A stretch of 64,000 nucleotides of DNA from assembly GCA_012026655.1 (NCBI GenBank), contig JAAILG010000293.1, forward strand, positions 1-64,000, given 5' to 3'. The first letter of the stretch is position 1, and every line of letters starts with the position of its first letter. Shown piece after piece: positions 38,201 through 51,929 of this stretch. The translations under genes and the position numbers were made by a program. The notes beneath the pieces are model-generated. The model saw only the letters and a list, made by a program, of their open reading frames with translations, was not told the origin of the DNA and did no database searches. This DNA comes from Hydrolagus affinis. Lineage: Eukaryota.

Positions 38201-39349
38201 TTGAAAAAAAATGAGGCAACGTTATAACTTCTCTGGTGCCAACAAATCAAACTTTGTCAAAGAATTTTCAAGTATTTTCCAATACAGTAAAGTAACTTGT
38301 ACATAATATGTTATTTCAGTTGCATTAGCATACTTCACTAATATGGTATATCTCCAAAGATTATACATACAAAAATATAAATGATAACTTTGTGATATTA
38401 TAATTTTTTCATAAGTTACATGGATTTCAAGGTCAGGCTCTCTTCCCGCCTTGCATGGGAACTGGACTATTGAGACCACCATAATAGTAATTTCTGAGAC
38501 TTAGCCTTTAACATATAAGAACAGTGTAATAAAATTTTGGAAATATACTTATGTGTTTATTGTTCCAGTTTCTTTACATCAGTAATAAGCAGTAAGTACT
38601 GAACAGAATGGATGAACAGTGGTGTCGCATTTAGAAATTCATCGCTCCAGAGTTGCTTAATCTACTCATTTGTGGAAATGTGTTTCATACTTCTCTATTA
38701 GCAATGTCATAATTGTTGATCTGTGGGAACTGAGATTATTCTTGTATTTCACCTTCTGTCTCATATTATATGCTGGCAGCTGCTGTCTCAGCAATGAGAC
38801 ATCACTGGTCTCAATTTTTATTTCCTGTGACTAAATAAATAGAAAAATAAATTAAAATTTACTCTATGGTAAAACAGTCAAGACTTATTGTTTTGGCTCT
38901 GAATGGCAGTCTGCAGTAGCACATATGAATTATTGAACAGTTAGAAGTTCAGCAGTGGTTCCGCACAGAGAAATTCATCGACCTCAAAATCAGTGAAAAA
39001 TGTATAATATCAAAAAGTCAATCAATTATTTTCTTGTACACATAATCTTTAGGGATTATAGAATATCAATGAAGTATTCCAAATCTGCTGAAATAACATA
39101 TGACTGTATATCCAAATAACCTTATTAAAAAATAGTTGCTCCTTTAACACAATAAATTCAAATTCTAAATTCGTTAACCTGGATGGGTGTATTTGTTATG
39201 GTATAAACACAATAATAACATATTATCTTTTATCCTAAGTATGCACAGTTTTTAAAATACAAATTTAGACAGTGGACGTTCTCTTACAATTGTTCGAGTT
39301 AGCAGCACTTTCAGTTCTGTGTCACAAGGATGTGCGTCCCACCATCAGG

Positions 39350-39690
39350 ACTTTGAATTCACACAGTGAATGAGCTCCGAGCATCCAGTATAGTGGGAAT
39401 ACTGCATTATCAGAGGTGCCTTCCTTCAAGTGAAACATTCAACTGCAGCTCCATCTGCTGAAAAGTGGATGTTAAAGATCTCAGGGCATCATTCGAAAAG
39501 AGAATGGAGTATTCCCTGGTGTCCTGGGCAACAATCTCCCAAATAAGATGGTTATTCACTTCATGGCTGTTTCTGGGCCATTACTGTATGCAAATTGACT
39601 GTAAAACACACAAACACTACATTTTACTATATTTTTAACCCCCGTGAAGCACTTTGAGACTTGTTCCTGACATGCAATGAAGGATTATTA
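39350..39690 (+). mobile_element. Older Deu-SINE
   Basis: AGTGGGAATACTGCATTATCAGAGGTGCC..GTGGATGTTAAAGATC..CCTGGTGTCCTGGGCAAC..GTGAAGCACTTTGAGAC. Confidence 0.75.
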
Positions 39691-40042
39691 TAAAAAGAAC
39701 AGTCCTACTGTAGGCTGTGAGACATATTGGGATACTATTAGAGATTACAATAATTATGTTACACTTACAGCTGACTCCACGGAAGCCGGTGAAAATCATT
39801 GAATTCGTCAGCAGGGCACCATGGGAAAGTAGCATAAAGGAGGGAACACAGAGACGGGGATTCCACCATCTTGACATCCTGAAAAAAAGGGTTTAGAGTT
39901 GAGATTGTATGATTCATTTTTCTCAGCAGGTAGGTTGGTCAAACTCCTGGCACGAGGAAACACACAGACCTGAGGGGAAGAAAAATTGCATTATAGTACA
40001 CGTCGAAAAGGAAATAATAATTCCGGGACCACTGCTGCCCTG

Positions 40043-40401
40043 GCAGACTGCCTGTAAGACATCAAATCCTGGTTGAAAGCTAACTTTCTACAATTGAACG
40101 TCAACAAGACCGAGCTCTCCTGATTGGCTCGCGCCAACGCCTTCCGACATCAGGCACTGGCAGCATCAACCTCCATGCTTGCACCCTCCACCTCACACAT
40201 CCATTGGCTCCCCATCACCCAGAGGATTCAATTCAAGATTCTGTTCCTTGCCTTGAAAGCTCTCCATGGCATCTCCCCATCTACCTTTGCGACCCCCTAA
40301 CTCCCTGCCAAACTGCACGCTCACTCCGCTCAGCGAGCTCCTACCTGCTCCATGTCCCATGACCCACCTGCCCCACCATTGACAGGCGAGCCTTCAGCCA
40401 T
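40043..40401 (+). pseudogene. L2 ORF2 fragment (RT C-terminal part fused by deletion to the C-terminus)
   Basis: DCL*DIKSWLKANFLQLNVNKTE, then HWLPITQRIQFKILFLALKALHGISP..RAFSH; contains a stop codon and frameshifts. Confidence 0.85.
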
Positions 40402-41009
40402 TTCTTTGGACATTCTTTCATTTCTATTGTCTGAAACACCTCGTAATCATAATAATAAGTAGAAAATTATATTTGTAATGTATTAACTCTGCATATTTAT
40501 TTGAATAAATAATAAATTATTATTTGTAATGATAATATATTTTTTAAAAAAATACATTTGACATATCCTCTGTAAGTGAAAATATTTACACTTCAGATTT
40601 TATAGTAGTGAAACATTCAAGATCTATTGGTGCATGCAAAGAACATTCCCAAAGTGCATAACGGTATGCTCCCACAAATCATGGGAATTCCTGAATGTTT
40701 ATTGTCTGTTTCACTCAAAAATGGATGAAGCCACTTAGTTTCCTACTGTTGTTCATGGAACTTGATGAACTATACATTTCATTTTTGATTCTGAATGAAT
40801 ACAAATTGAAAAGGCAGCATTCAGCGTTAATGAATAAATATGAGCTTCTGTGACAAAACATGTCTGTAGAATACTTAATAAAGCTGGACTAAATGTATTA
40901 TCTAGGAATAGTAGTTTTACTTGAAACCTTTCCAAAATTATTTGAAACAGCCCAAGGTTACATAAGGATCAACCTTTTTTTCATCAGACTACAGATTTTT
41001 GGAACGTAT

Positions 41010-41119
41010 ATAATAATAATCCTTGCACTTGATATAGCATTTTTCACATCTGATAGACATCTGAAAGAGCTTCACAGAATATACTGTAAAGTGAATTGAC
41101 AGTATATTTGGGGGCAAAC
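41010..41119 (-). mobile_element. Young SINE 3' fragment
   Basis: (AAT)n CCTTGCACTTGATATAGC..CTTCACAGAATATACTGTAAAGTGAATTGAC. Confidence 0.8.
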
Positions 41120-42163
41120 CATATGAACTGTATATGGTAATGGTAATTACTGACTGGACAATTCTCAATTCTGACAGCCCATTTCCAAGAACTTTACGTT
41201 GGATGCAGCTCAGCTCCAAAGAGATCCTGCTTACCTTCCTCACAAAAAAGGTGGATCAAAAGGTCACTAGATTAAAATGTTACAATATATAGCCATGACT
41301 TAACAATCTTTAAAATTATTCACAATATGAATTGAAACTTGAACTTTACCAAGGTTACCAATGATAATTGCTTTCTTTTAATTTTCTTCTTAGTTTTAAG
41401 CTAATCCAACATTCTGGACAACGATTTCCGACACATTGAAGCTAATTAGAGACATAAATAGAAAGATATTTAATTAGATTATAAGACATGATGAAGCCAA
41501 GAGGAACCAGGGAGTCAGATATTTCATAATGTTTCCTTCAAGGAACTCTAAGTAATGTCATTCTTTAACCACATCATCCGAATTAAATTGTACATAAATG
41601 GCACAACAAATAATCTTCAACTCAAAGAAACAGGCGGATTTGACATGATAATCTGAGTTTCATTATAATAATAGATCAGATTTTCGCATGATTGTCCATG
41701 GAAAACTCTTGTGAATTCTAATCTAACACAATCGATTTAGTTCTGTAATATCTTTACAACTAATAATATAACAACCAAGTCATTCAATAAAATAATGTCA
41801 CAGTCAACATTCTTTCACATACATTCCATAGATACCGAACATCATAAATGGTCCACTTGCTTTGGATTTGATTTGATTACTCAAGATTACAGCAACTATT
41901 TCAGTCTTAAAATGTATACAGATTGGACCAATCAGAAATGCCAAGCCTGCTCAGAAGAAATGCAATGTATTCTGATCAGAAAGATCAGTGGCACTATTAA
42001 TGGAGATTAACATCACAATAACCATCATAATCAAATAAACATCAATGCTGGTATAAATATAGAAAATAAAAATTACATTAACTTGTTTGCATGCAAGAGG
42101 GATAAAGCAGAGTACTTAAGATTAATGATTGTGGCAACCCATAGCAATTGAAGTACAATTTGT

Positions 42164-42444
42164 GGAGTCCTGTAGCTCAGTGGTTAGAGCACTCACCTTA
42201 CAAGCATGAGACCATGTGTTTGAATCCAGGCAGAGCTCCACACACCTAATAATAATCCCTAACAAAAATTGGTCATTTCAATCCACGACTGTTTGTGGGA
42301 CACTGCTGAACACAATTGGCTGCCGCGTTTCACCCACACATAAACAGTCAATTCACTTTACAGTATAATCTGTGAAGCGCTTTGAGACGTCGATAAAATG
42401 TGAAAAGCGCTATATCAAATGCATGGATTATTATTATTATTTAT
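42164..42444 (+). mobile_element. Young Deu-SINE with a short internal deletion
   Basis: Head, Deu core and tail present; the segment after box B is missing. Confidence 0.9.
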
Positions 42445-42871
42445 TCCAAGCTGGAGAAAGATAATGTTTTTAATGCTACTGGCCTTACAGAGAGTATGTG
42501 TGCTGACACTGAAGTGTTTTAAAATTCTTTTTTTTAAATTCTAAACTTTATTGATTTCTTTCAGCGATAGTATTGTTGTGTTTAATTGTTAGTCTCCCCA
42601 CCCCCTTCAGCAAAGAGTGCTAAAAGAGTTTTGAAACCTGATTACACAGTGTAAAAGTAGCCACATTGATATTGCTATATTGCTCCAAGGCCACAGCAAT
42701 TGAAAAATTAGCTGTAGTAATACTGTACCCATGTTGAGGTGGAGAATAATTACTTTAACATGTTGCATAAATTGATAGTATAATTTAGTTTTTTGCTTAA
42801 AATGCTGCAGGGTAAATTTTTTAATTTTGTGACCACAATTATTTAATATAGCTACAGTAGAACTACAGCAT

Positions 42872-43184
42872 GGAGTCCTGTAGCTCGGTGGTTAGAGCAC
42901 TCGCCTTGCAAGCGAGAGACCTGGGTTCAATTCTCGGTAGGGCAAAATCTTGGGCAAGTTCCTTACTCCACAAGCCTGATAATAGTCGCTCAAGAAAAAT
43001 CACTGATTTGGCCACTTCAATCCATGATTGTTTGTGGGACACTGCTGTGTGCAATTGGCTGCCGCGTTTCGCCCACAAATACACAAACAATTCACTTTAC
43101 AGTATGTTCTGTGAAACGCTTTGAGACGTCTAGAAGATGTGAAAAGTATTACATCAAATGCAAGGGTAATTATCATTATTATTA
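42872..43184 (+). mobile_element. Young Deu-SINE, full length
   Basis: Head with anticodon arm CTCGC-CTTGCAA-GCGAG, box B GGTTCAATTCT, Deu core, tail. Confidence 0.92.
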
Positions 43185-44242
43185 GTGTCTACACATTACC
43201 AACAATGTTTATCAGATGTAAGATTTAACTCATTAATTTTGAGCTCTAGTGGTTAGGCCATTTAGGATTTCAATGCATTCGGAGGCAGAATGGGAGGCAA
43301 ATTTTATGGGGGAAGTGTGAGTGTTACATTTCAGAGTGCCAGGTTCCCAGGATATGTGCAAGGAATTACCCATGTTAAATTGCACTACCCTCTCCACCCC
43401 CACAAACACGCGCGCAAAATCGCAAAACTGATAAGTGATGAGAGAGCAGCTTTATGATAAATTAAAGCAACAGTAAAGATGACTCATAATAAACTACAAA
43501 TGTATCGCAATGTCTGGTACTAGTAAAATTAATGATGATTAACACAGAATTATATCACTGTCAATGCTCCCAGTGAAAATAAAATGGTGAAAAATCAGCT
43601 ATGTCAATATTTTTGTCCACTTAGGGGTACATTGACTACCAGATTAACACAGAAAAACTATTGCTATTAGCTTCCTAAACTCAATCTGCTTCAGCATGAT
43701 TTAAAATAGAGATATGAAATCACACATTATTAAGTATGGTGGTAATTTAATTTGCAGGATCTTTCTGAATAGGTTCTGCTTATATATTCGAATATTTTAC
43801 ATATTGGTGAAGAAATGCTACTGGGAAAGGGTGGATTATAAGGTATTAATCAATTTGTACTATTTTGATTTATAATATCTCCAATTTCTTTATATAGAAT
43901 AATGTAATCAATACACATTTGTTTGATCAAGTTGATCCTCAAGTTGATCTGATGACCACATATTTAGAGAGATTTCATTTGTTTCATGTAACTACATTTG
44001 AAATTGTGGCATCTTGCAGTCTAAAAGGTGAATGCATTAGAGATTGCCAACTACAGTATTGTCTACTGAACACAGCACCAATAATTGGATTAGGTATCTG
44101 GAGTTCTTCCTGTGGTTTGTAGGTTGCGACATTGTTCATGTTAAAATATATATTCATAGAACTATTTGTACTTACTGTACCTGCAATACAGTGATATCCA
44201 TGCTGCCTTATAATTTTTCAGGTTAACAGAATATAATCAGAT

Positions 44243-44331
44243 ATATAATTCCAGAATATAGAATATAGTCCCAGTGATTTCTCTTTTTGTTTCAGATTTC
44301 CAGCATCTTCAGTATTTTGTGTGTGTTTTTA
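44243..44331 (+). mobile_element. Very short PLE 3' fragment with a 15-bp TSD
   Basis: CCCAGTGATTTCTCTTTTTGTTTCAGATTTCCAGCATCTTCAGTATTTTG matches the 8683 and 19650 units; AGAATATAATCAGAT at 44228-44242 and 44332-44346. Confidence 0.75.
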
Positions 44332-47029
44332 AGAATATAATCAGATCTATGGGCAACTAGTATTTAATGAGCCTAGACAAATGGTTGTCTTCGCGAAGCC
44401 TCCAGATTTATTGGACTAATTTTGCAGTGCAGATATTTAACATATCTTTAAGGATGGTCAGTCAACACGGCAACCGTTAACATAAGGTCACAAAATGTGC
44501 TGCACCATGCATATCAATCCCTCAGCACCCTGGAGAAAAAGTTGTTTCATTTTAATCAATGTTGTTATATTTGGTCTATAACAGTTAATTGCCTTATAAT
44601 TGTTTAATTGTCAAGGTGCCAATGGAGCCAAACAAGGATGGGATGGTAAGTTCACGGAAACTGGTGTAAGAGAGGACATAAGTTGCAATGTTTTGGAGCG
44701 TCTGCAATTTGTATAAGGAGAAGCTGTGCAGTCCAACAAGCAGGATTTAGAATAGTTGAGATTGGACATGAAGCCTGAATGAAGTGTTCTCCTACAATGA
44801 ATTCTGTACCATCCCACTATAGAGTCAAAATTGTGTGTTGATAGCAGTATTCTCTGGTGGATTCCAAATATTATGGTAGCAGATCAAGGCTCTGTATCCT
44901 ATTTAACCAGCACAACTAGGCGATAAACACCCCCCTGAACAGGTTTGCTATTTCTCTGTGATCAAACCAATATATATCTTCCCGCTTTGAGATGGCCAAA
45001 GTTTCAATGTAATATTCATTCATACAGTATCTTGTACAACCAAAAAACTACTTCTGGATCCAATATCTCTTGTTATTCTTTTTTGGTCTGCCAGGAACCT
45101 GATACGTGCAGAAACCCAGACCTACCTGAGAGTTTTAAGTATCTTTATCACCTACATATGAAAATGTCCCTGTGTCTGTAGGGAAATGTGCACTCTCTTC
45201 TTGTTAGGACACCACATGTTATATAATTCCAGAGAGTATTAGATGCAATTTGGCAAGAACAAAGTTATGGGATCCCCAAATATATGTTGTGATATTGCTG
45301 GAGCTCAACCAGTTACAACTGTATAGTTTACCACTGAGAGAACTATCTGGCAAGGTTCCTGCTGCTTGTCCAGCTAGGACCACTCTGCCCAATAGGGATT
45401 TGGCTTTCAAGGTTAACAGAGGCTGAGTGTGAAGAATTCCTGCATTTCCATGTCCTCCCAACAAGCCAGACTGCCTGATCTGCCATCATCAATACCCTGG
45501 AGTACTGCGGATCTGCCAAGCACATCACTTTGAAACTGGTTCAGTAGCAAGGAAACACTTACCTTTCTCCCGAGGTGGATAGTCACTAAATGATCGCCTC
45601 TTGTTATGAAACTCAGCATCCCAGACATGCACACAGCTTTTCTAGGTGGATTTTTTTTGTTGCAAAGTTTTAAAGTTGCATTAGTTGATTTTATGACATT
45701 ACAAATGGGCCCTTAAAGTTCTTGTTTGGTTCAATGGACTGTTCAAGAAATTAAATTAACTATGTCAGAGCACAGCCAAAGATTGCAATAGTGCAAATCC
45801 ATGTGCAATTGAAATCACCTTCTCAAGTTAGTCCTGGCTCCAGCGTAATTTGATTTCAGATCATGCCTATCAGCCCCAATTTATACCGTGTACTTTCAGG
45901 CAATACAAGTGAAGTGAATGAAGGATCCATTATAATTTTGCCTAATAGCTAAGCTATAGCAATACACAGAAGGTAGTTCAGTAAATAGGGAGTAAATTGA
46001 CCATTCATGGTCAATGGCCTATTGCAGACAATGCTGTGATGCAATGGCCAGAAAATGTAAAATAAGTGGACTGTAGCACTCAGCATGCGAATAGTACGGG
46101 ACTTCCAGCCTTTGCTCTGCACCCAAGATCCAAATTTAAACTCAACTCACTCAAAGCCTTTGGATTATGTTTGCGTATGGCTATGGCATTTGAATAAAAA
46201 TCTACAATGTTTTCTAATGCTAATGATGCCATTGTTCTATATTGCTACTACAATGTGTTTGCAGTGGGAAAAGAACTCCATCCTGGAGGAACATTCAGTT
46301 GTAAATTTCTTCACAAATTTGTGTTCTGTAAAGTATCATAAGGGAAACAATTGTGCCCATCATAAGCAATCAAAATGTCATCGGGATGGCTCTCCAAAGT
46401 GGCCAGAGTCATCTAATCACAGTTGGGTGGCTGTTATCTTGAATCGGGAAATTAATTACGCAGCAATTTTAACTTCATTTCATTTCAAAATATTATTTTC
46501 TTACTGGTTATTAAGATTATCCATTTTACCAGCTTTTATCCACTTGCTAGGAATGGTAATATGGAGCTGCACTGCATTACTGTAGTTGCAGGAAATATAT
46601 GCAAATCAAGATTAATAACAAGAGAAATGGAAAGCTCAAATCCTAAAATATTAATTCTACCTTTCAAATATAATAAATAATTAAAACTGCAACCATCTTT
46701 ATTTGATTATCAAGAAAAACAACTTGTAATTAACCGCCAGGTTCAGTCTCAAGAGATGGGAATCAACAAGAATACTAGTGACAGAGTGATGGATTTGCTG
46801 TAGGCATTGTTGTTAGCTATTCTGTCCCTCGACAGATTATACTACTGAAAACTAATCTATGTTGCCTTATTTTGCATTGACATTATATATTAATAACAAA
46901 TAACAACCACACTGAATTAGTTAACCAGTTACCTAAGTATGAAAAGCAATTTCAAAGCTAAAAAAAAATACAGATTCTTAAAGCATAAAATACAATGTAT
47001 AAAATGTAACGCATGGCTGGCTGTCTTCT

Positions 47030-47290
47030 ATTCAGGGTAGGTCACCAGGGGACAATCTCCCAAGCACGATCTTTGGAAAATAGAACATAATTCTGAGTAA
47101 AATGTTGACCAATTCGAGCACCAATTCACACAAACAGCCATAAAGTGAATAACCAATTTTGTCTGATGGATTGTTATCTAGGAGAGCAGCAAAATCTTCT
47201 TTTTTCTTTTTGAATACTGTTTGTTTGCTAGACCATTCTTTATTGAGTAGCTGTGACAGCAAGTTTTAGCTGAGCCAACCTCACCTGACA
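47030..47290 (-). mobile_element. Older SINE (decayed)
   Basis: Deu-like body (CACACAAACAGCCATAAAGTGAATAACCAAT..GATTGTT) and head remnant GCTGAGCCAA. Confidence 0.45.
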
Positions 47291-50200
47291 TCACACAGCG
47301 GAAACAGCGGAAAGGATCAAATCTAGACCGAACAATGAGGTGAGCACTTCCTATGCTAAATGTACGAATCAACAAATTTGCAAAACCTGTGAGTTGTAGT
47401 GGCTTTACTATGAACAATGGTTAAATAATTTGTAGCACTGCATCCACATCCAAATATGCTGTAAAATCATTCCCACAACGTGTAGCTAACTAATCACAGC
47501 CTCTTCTGATATTGGTTAACTTGCTGAGTAATTGAAAATCAGTAGGGCAAATTTAAAAAAGATGAAACGTTTCTGTTTAATGAATCAAATCACCACACAT
47601 ACATAATGAAAAACAAGCAATTGTTTTGGAATTTTAATATTTTACATATTATGTGTAAGATTTTAACTCTGAAAAGACGAATTGAGCTCTAGTGACCCTG
47701 ATTGGAATCTGCTCTCAACTATCTTAATTTGGTTTTAGTCAATCAGATCAATGGACAAAGTTGTGACAGGGAGTAGACGAACTCTTATCAACTATTTACT
47801 CTGTCCATTGTTTATTTACAGTATTGTGAATACAATTTCATTTCTTATTTTGGTACGATTTCCTATAGGTTTTAACATCGACACATTGTGAAATGTTTCT
47901 ATTTAAGCTTAGCCACCAGTAGAATAACCTCAGCACTAGTGCCAAAGTCAAGTGCTTTGAGACACAAAAGGTACAATATGAATTGTGTAATTCTGTAAAC
48001 TGTATTGTAACTTTATTTTTGTCTGGGCTGCTACATCAATATAATATATTAGAATTCACCATAAAATTACTGTTGGCAACAACAACTTGCACCTGTACAG
48101 CGCCCTCCATGCCAGGTAGCATTCCAGTGTACTTAACAGTGGCAGAGCATGACTCCACACCAACAAAACCTCTGATGAATGAATAAGTAATAAAGTGAGA
48201 ATCCATCCTAAGCTAGAATGTACATCAGGTAATAATGGCAATAGCCAATTTAGAACTTGAATGCAACATGTGTTCAGATTACATTTACATTCAGTTGTCC
48301 ATCTCTCAAACAAGTTGTAAGGTATGACTTCCTTTACTCAGTCATGAAGGTTTATGTTTCACATTTGCCGCATCTTTACCAAATTGGCCAATGAATTCTA
48401 TGATGAAAGTACACAGGTAGGCTTTTGTTAAATTATCAGTTCAGAAACACCTTATCAGTGGTAGGAACCAAGCAATTATTCACAGAGTTAAATGAGTAAT
48501 TTTTAGCAGTAATTACATCAGGTAAAAGAATCAATATTGCCCTCATCCCAAACCTTTGTAAACACTGTAAGTTGTAAAACCTACAGAATGTATTTTACCA
48601 TTACACACACTGTTTTTTTCTTAATCTGTTATAACTAACCATAAAGGTGGTTTATAGTCTAATTCATATTGACTCAATTTCTTTACTGATGCGTGGAGAA
48701 AAATGAATTCAAATCGTCTCATCAAAATTCTGTCTGCTACAGGCAGCAAATTGAATTGATTCCAGCTTGTACAGGAAGGTAGATTTTAATTATTCTGAAA
48801 TTGAGAGCCAGGTTGGAAGTGTACAGAAATCAGGAAAGATAAATTCTGTAAATAAACTGGTTTAGTAGTCTGATTTCGTAACCATTCTAGACACATTCCC
48901 TGATGTGATGTTAATGTCTAGAATGCATTCTAAGGTCAATTTCACCGTAACATTTTTTTTCTTCAAATTATCCTGGTTCTATTATTGCTGTACAAATAGC
49001 TATTTCTCCCATATTTTCCATATCAAGATTGAATTGAAAGTCCACTAATATATTTTCTTGCTCATAACTGCAGTGCCAAGCACTCTGACAATTTGTTAGA
49101 TGTTGTGGCTCAGACTGAGGTCTTAGAAAATAAAACTTACCATTCAATTGTCGCCTTCACAAAGACAATCAGTTGGTCCGATTATTTTTATTGACTCAAT
49201 TACTGCGGAGCATTTTATAGTATTACCAGTAATGTTATATATTATGTTAGGGATAGCATTATTCCTTGATAAGACTCCATGATAAAATATTTTATAGCAC
49301 CTAAACAGAATGAGAACATTTTATCTTGAATATTAAAGACCCAAATGTTATTGTTGTCATCTAATATGGAGGCATGTCTATTGTGCAACTGATAGTTCCT
49401 TTCTGTTTCTACATTTATTTGAACATGAGAAGTTTTGTTCAATATTAATCTATTATCAATAATAATTCATAAATAATCAATTATTTCAGAACTGTCGAAA
49501 ATCAACAGCACAACAGATCACTGTGGAAAATGAATGCACCTCATCCTGCAGATATTGTATCCAAATTCTTGCCATCTATTCTTCATAGAAAACTGATGTG
49601 CTGCAAAATATTCTCAACATGATAAGACACTATATAAAATGTAAAAATCCTATTATTATTGTTGGAATTATAACTGTAACTGCTGTTTTAGTTAATGACT
49701 ATTGTAGGTATATTGAAAAATCATGTGTTTTCAGAGATTTTCACTCCAGGCATTGGATGTGGTACAGAAGTTAATTCAGCTATATAAATATAGTATCCAA
49801 ATATTGGACTTGAAATCCTACTATGTCTTAAATGTACTTGTGGCATGAAGCAGCAGAATATCAATACTGCACCTGCTTTTATTTTGTTATTAATACGTCC
49901 ACTTCAATCCTTTCTATAAAAAGATTATTGAAAACTATTGGAAAGTAGCCTCTCAGACTTTCTTGCCTTTCATGAACATGAACACAAGGGAATTGATGGT
50001 TCCACTACATTGACCAAACAATAGATAGAAAAGAGCAGATGCACAAATATCCATTATTTTATGTTTTACCTTAATTTCCCATTATCTTATTGGGTAATAG
50101 CCTGTTTTCTACGCATAAAGCTACAGTGTTTAAGTTTTTTTTAAAACTTTCATCTAGATTTATTTTTGTGCTTTTGTACGTCGTGATCTAATTAGGAAAA

Positions 50201-50418
50201 CTGTTGACAGCTGAGGGAGAGAAAGCAATCGTGAACATCCCATGGGCACAGCAGGCACTCAATATCTAGTAGAGTAACATTACATCCAATTGTTAGTGAG
50301 ATTGTAGGGAATGTGTATTCAATCCTGGATAATCTAGTGATAAATACATTTCTGAATCTATGGTGAAATGGTAACATCTGTGTCCAATGCAAGTGTTACC
50401 TATTATTCAGCAGATGCA

Positions 50419-51585
50419 TTGTGCTTTTCATCCTTGGCAATCCAACGAGAACACAACCCAGCCAGTTTTTTGGAAGCAGCTATCTGATCCTGCGGCTTTT
50501 AAAACCTGAAACTCTTACATTGAAATGATGTACTACAGTCTCGATACGCCTCAGAAGTCTACTTGAGATAACATTTTCCTATCTCAATTGTTGCCCCATG
50601 CTTGTGCCACAAGAAGTAGACTATCCACATCCAGCTAGCTACAATGTAAGATATTGCTATGCACAAATTGGCCCCTGTCTTGCCCACAAAATACACAGTC
50701 ACTATATTTCACAGTAAAATCCCATGAAATGCTTTCAGATGCCTAGAAGACATGATAAGGCTTTAGATCAAATACAAGAATTATCATGAACCAAAGTCCA
50801 AACCAATTCGACAAGGTAGAAATGGAAACAGAAAATGGTGACACAGATGCCAAAATCAGTTTATGGGTTACCTTCGGTCATAATAAAACAGTAAAACTGT
50901 TTACTTCTTTTCAAGCCATTTCACTTTATCAAAATGTCACTGTATTAACAAACCACTGGTTCAATTCAGTGGTATTGACTGACTGTTCCATGATGTGGAG
51001 AAAACAACAAGTTCAGCTGCAATAACCAATCACTGCTTATAAAGACTAATGGTCTACCTGTCAGGCAGACCAAGATATCAGATGGTCTCTAACCCAATAC
51101 TTCTATTCCTAGCCACCTGTGTCTTCATTCAGGTGATTTATTATGTATATTTTGCTGTCCTTTTTTTTTATCTTGTTTCACTCTACAGTGTCGGGGGATT
51201 TGTGTACATACTTTCCCAGATATAAAAAAATTGCACAGTTGTATTCAGAGGGAAAGCAGTATTACTTAACTTAAGCTATAGAAATGAATCAGTCCCTTTT
51301 TCGAGGCACATCATGTTAATTTCCTCATGTGTTCCTATGTCATTCAACAAAGGCTTCTGCACTTATCCTAAAACCACTATAGCAAACATATTAAGATCCT
51401 CATCATAGATAAATATTTTTCAACTTGGAGTTCATGTGGTAGCTGCTCCTATTGTTACTTTTTTTTAATGTAAGGGACACTATCATATAAACTGCAAGGT
51501 GAAAAATAATTATTTGCCTCTTACTATTTAGCCTTGTGCTTTTCATCCTTGGCAATCCAATTAGAACATAACCCAGCTAGCTTTT
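50419..51585. repeat. 52-bp direct repeat pair, 1115 bp apart
   Basis: 50419-50470 vs 51534-51585 match at 47/52, first 27 nt identical (TTGTGCTTTTCATCCTTGGCAATCCAA). Confidence 0.85.
50640..50785 (+). mobile_element. Deu-SINE 3' fragment
   Basis: GATATTGCTATGCACAAATTGGC..GCCCACAAAATACACAGTC..CTAGAAGACATGA. Confidence 0.7.
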
Positions 51586-51929
51586 AGTCTTTACACCATT
51601 CAACTCCAAAATTTATAACACTGATAATAATAAGTCACTTGATAGTAAACTCTGAAGAGAGCTTTCAGACATCTTCCCAACACAAAAGGTGCTATATCAA
51701 ATCCAAATCTACCACAATCTGTGCGGCAATATATCTGACTTCATGAAAAGGCAACTGGAATTTTGAGGTGCCTTGTTTAACTTTTCTAAGTCCTAAAGAT
51801 ATTTATCCCATTTAGTCAATATCAACTGATCTGCAGAAATAATCTAAAAATTTATGTGGGTTGGCAGTTTACATGATAACTTCATAATAGATGCGTAGTG
51901 AGTTTGATGTTTGTTTCTGTTGCACAATG

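Noticed and set aside
42872-42945. tRNA-Ala(TGC)-like cloverleaf
   Set aside because: It is the SINE head; it has no proper acceptor stem and continues into the SINE body rather than a terminator.
44945-45045. Minus-strand SGKIYIG peptide suggestive of GIY-YIG
   Set aside because: Flanked by stops, with no upstream GIY/VVY motif or downstream conserved Arg recognisable; too little evidence.
46085-46585. Longest ORF in the window (166 aa)
   Set aside because: No recognisable domain, composition typical of translated AT-rich non-coding DNA, and its start overlaps what looks like an old SINE head.
48883-48924. 11-bp inverted repeat CATTCTAGACA/TGTCTAGAATG
   Set aside because: Short arms with no further structure; plausible by chance or local template switching.
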